NCBI RefSeq assembly: GCF_037042905.1
Contig: NC_087246.1
Coordinates: forward strand, 1,304,001-1,368,000
From: Lytechinus pictus
Lineage: Eukaryota
Direction of reading: 5' to 3'
DNA: 64,000 bases
Positions 62,651 to 64,000 of this stretch are shown here, piece by piece. The notes below the pieces were generated by a model. That model did no database searches, was not told where the DNA came from, and worked only from the letters and a program-made list of their open reading frames with translations. Made by a program: the position numbers and the translations under genes. Each line of letters begins with the position of its first letter. The first letter of the stretch is position 1.

Positions 62651-64000
62651 CTTAGTGTTACAGTACATAAAAATGATGACAGGTAAAATTGAAGCTGTTT
62701 GAGTGGGTAGGAAGAAACCAAGCCAGACAATGGAGTAGTTAAGAAAGGAGGAAGACATACTTCACAAAGGCGGAAGCTCATGTGTAAATAGAATTTGGAG
62801 AGTGCGTCTACCTCAACTCATGAAAGGTTCAAATTTCTTCCTCTCTTACTTCTTTTCTTGCACACTATTGCTCAATTGATATAAGACAAGGGTATGAACT
62901 TGAATTGTTTTTATTTTGTGGGAATTTGAGACTGGTTAGGGAACATAAACCTTTGAAAATAATCTTATCTACTGAATGGGAAATCACATTATCATGGTGT
63001 TCTCTTGTTTATTCCATCTTCCTCCTTATTTTTCAAAATCAACCTATCGATTCTCTTCTACCATAAATCCTTGCTCCTCCCCCTTCCTTCTTCTTCATCA
63101 ACTTCCATACCTTCTTTCAAACTTTCTATCACTAACCCCTCTCATTCTCTCACTTATTTCTTCTTTCAATCCCTTTTCTTTAAGTCTCTGAACGCTTCTT
63201 CCTGCCCAATTTTTTTTCTTTTCCTCCTCTTATTTCACACTCAATTTTTTTTACTCTCCCACCGACACTCTATCTATCTTTCATTCTCTATCTCCTTCCC
63301 ACTTCACTATCCTTCTGTCAAGTAACAAAATATCACATCATGAGAGGGTGAGATTAAAATCATTTGTTGGTAGGAGGAGTGTCAATATTTGTTGGGATGA
63401 TGCAGTCCAGTAATGTGATACTCCCAAAAGATGGGTTGAGGAAACTGGGTCTAAAAATTGTCGTCACTCGCCAAATGAAGCAGCAAGTCTGAGAACATGG
63501 TTCGATTGATCAGTCGGCTGGCTCCCTATCAGACTGATTAATAACGGTCCATTCTCACTGGGGGATATTTATCTCAAGCCGCCATCATCAAGTATTAAAC
63601 CATGATAAAAAACAATACTAGTTCATCTTATGACTCTAACAAAATAAGTGCTGGATTCAAAGCTCTGTCTGCAGAACATCTTGTCCTGTTGATGGAATTG
63701 CAAACCACAGTTCTGTATTTCATTAAAATCATGTCTATCATTCTAGAAGCAGTTGAGATCCATTCCTCGAATAATCAATCCTGACTGGGGAATACCACAA
63801 AGTGTGTTTAAATGAATTGCTGTTGATTTCTATCCTAAATAAACCAATGTCATTTAAGGAAAAAAAACTTGGAAGTTTGAGTCTTGGTTTAGATGCAATT
63901 AACAAGCATCATGTCACAATTTTAGCAAGAAAATTTAATGAGAATAAAATTCTAACCCCCAAATTACAATGAGGAGGATCACTCCAATTTTTTGTCATTG

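Overview
AT-rich, intron-containing animal genomic DNA. The repeat landscape suggests a marine invertebrate such as a sea urchin (inference only). Three spliced protein-coding genes can be rebuilt from GT-AG boundaries with consistent phases. (1) An AIFM3-like Rieske [2Fe-2S]/FAD-dependent oxidoreductase on the minus strand: 11 coding exons, ATG at 11949, 3' end off the left edge. (2) A complete 3-exon cytochrome c oxidase subunit 6A gene on the plus strand, 30080-36763, 114 aa. (3) The 3' six coding exons of an RSKR/SGK494-like AGC kinase on the minus strand, stop at 49275; its 5' exons were not located. Introns and intergenic DNA are packed with non-autonomous DNA transposons whose TIRs and TSDs (TA, TTAA, 6, 7, 8 and 9 bp) can be read directly, plus Helentron-type elements, SINEs and microsatellites. 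I found no CRISPR array or prokaryotic system, and no novel system is demonstrated. The best leads are: a putative 5.7-kb TIR-bounded element carrying a RecQ-helicase N-terminal fragment and an NRF1/YY1 promoter-like island between AIFM3 and COX6A; a decayed duplicate of a Rieske-ligand exon segment; a possible lipidated versus non-lipidated AIFM3 N-terminus choice; and multi-level transposon nesting.
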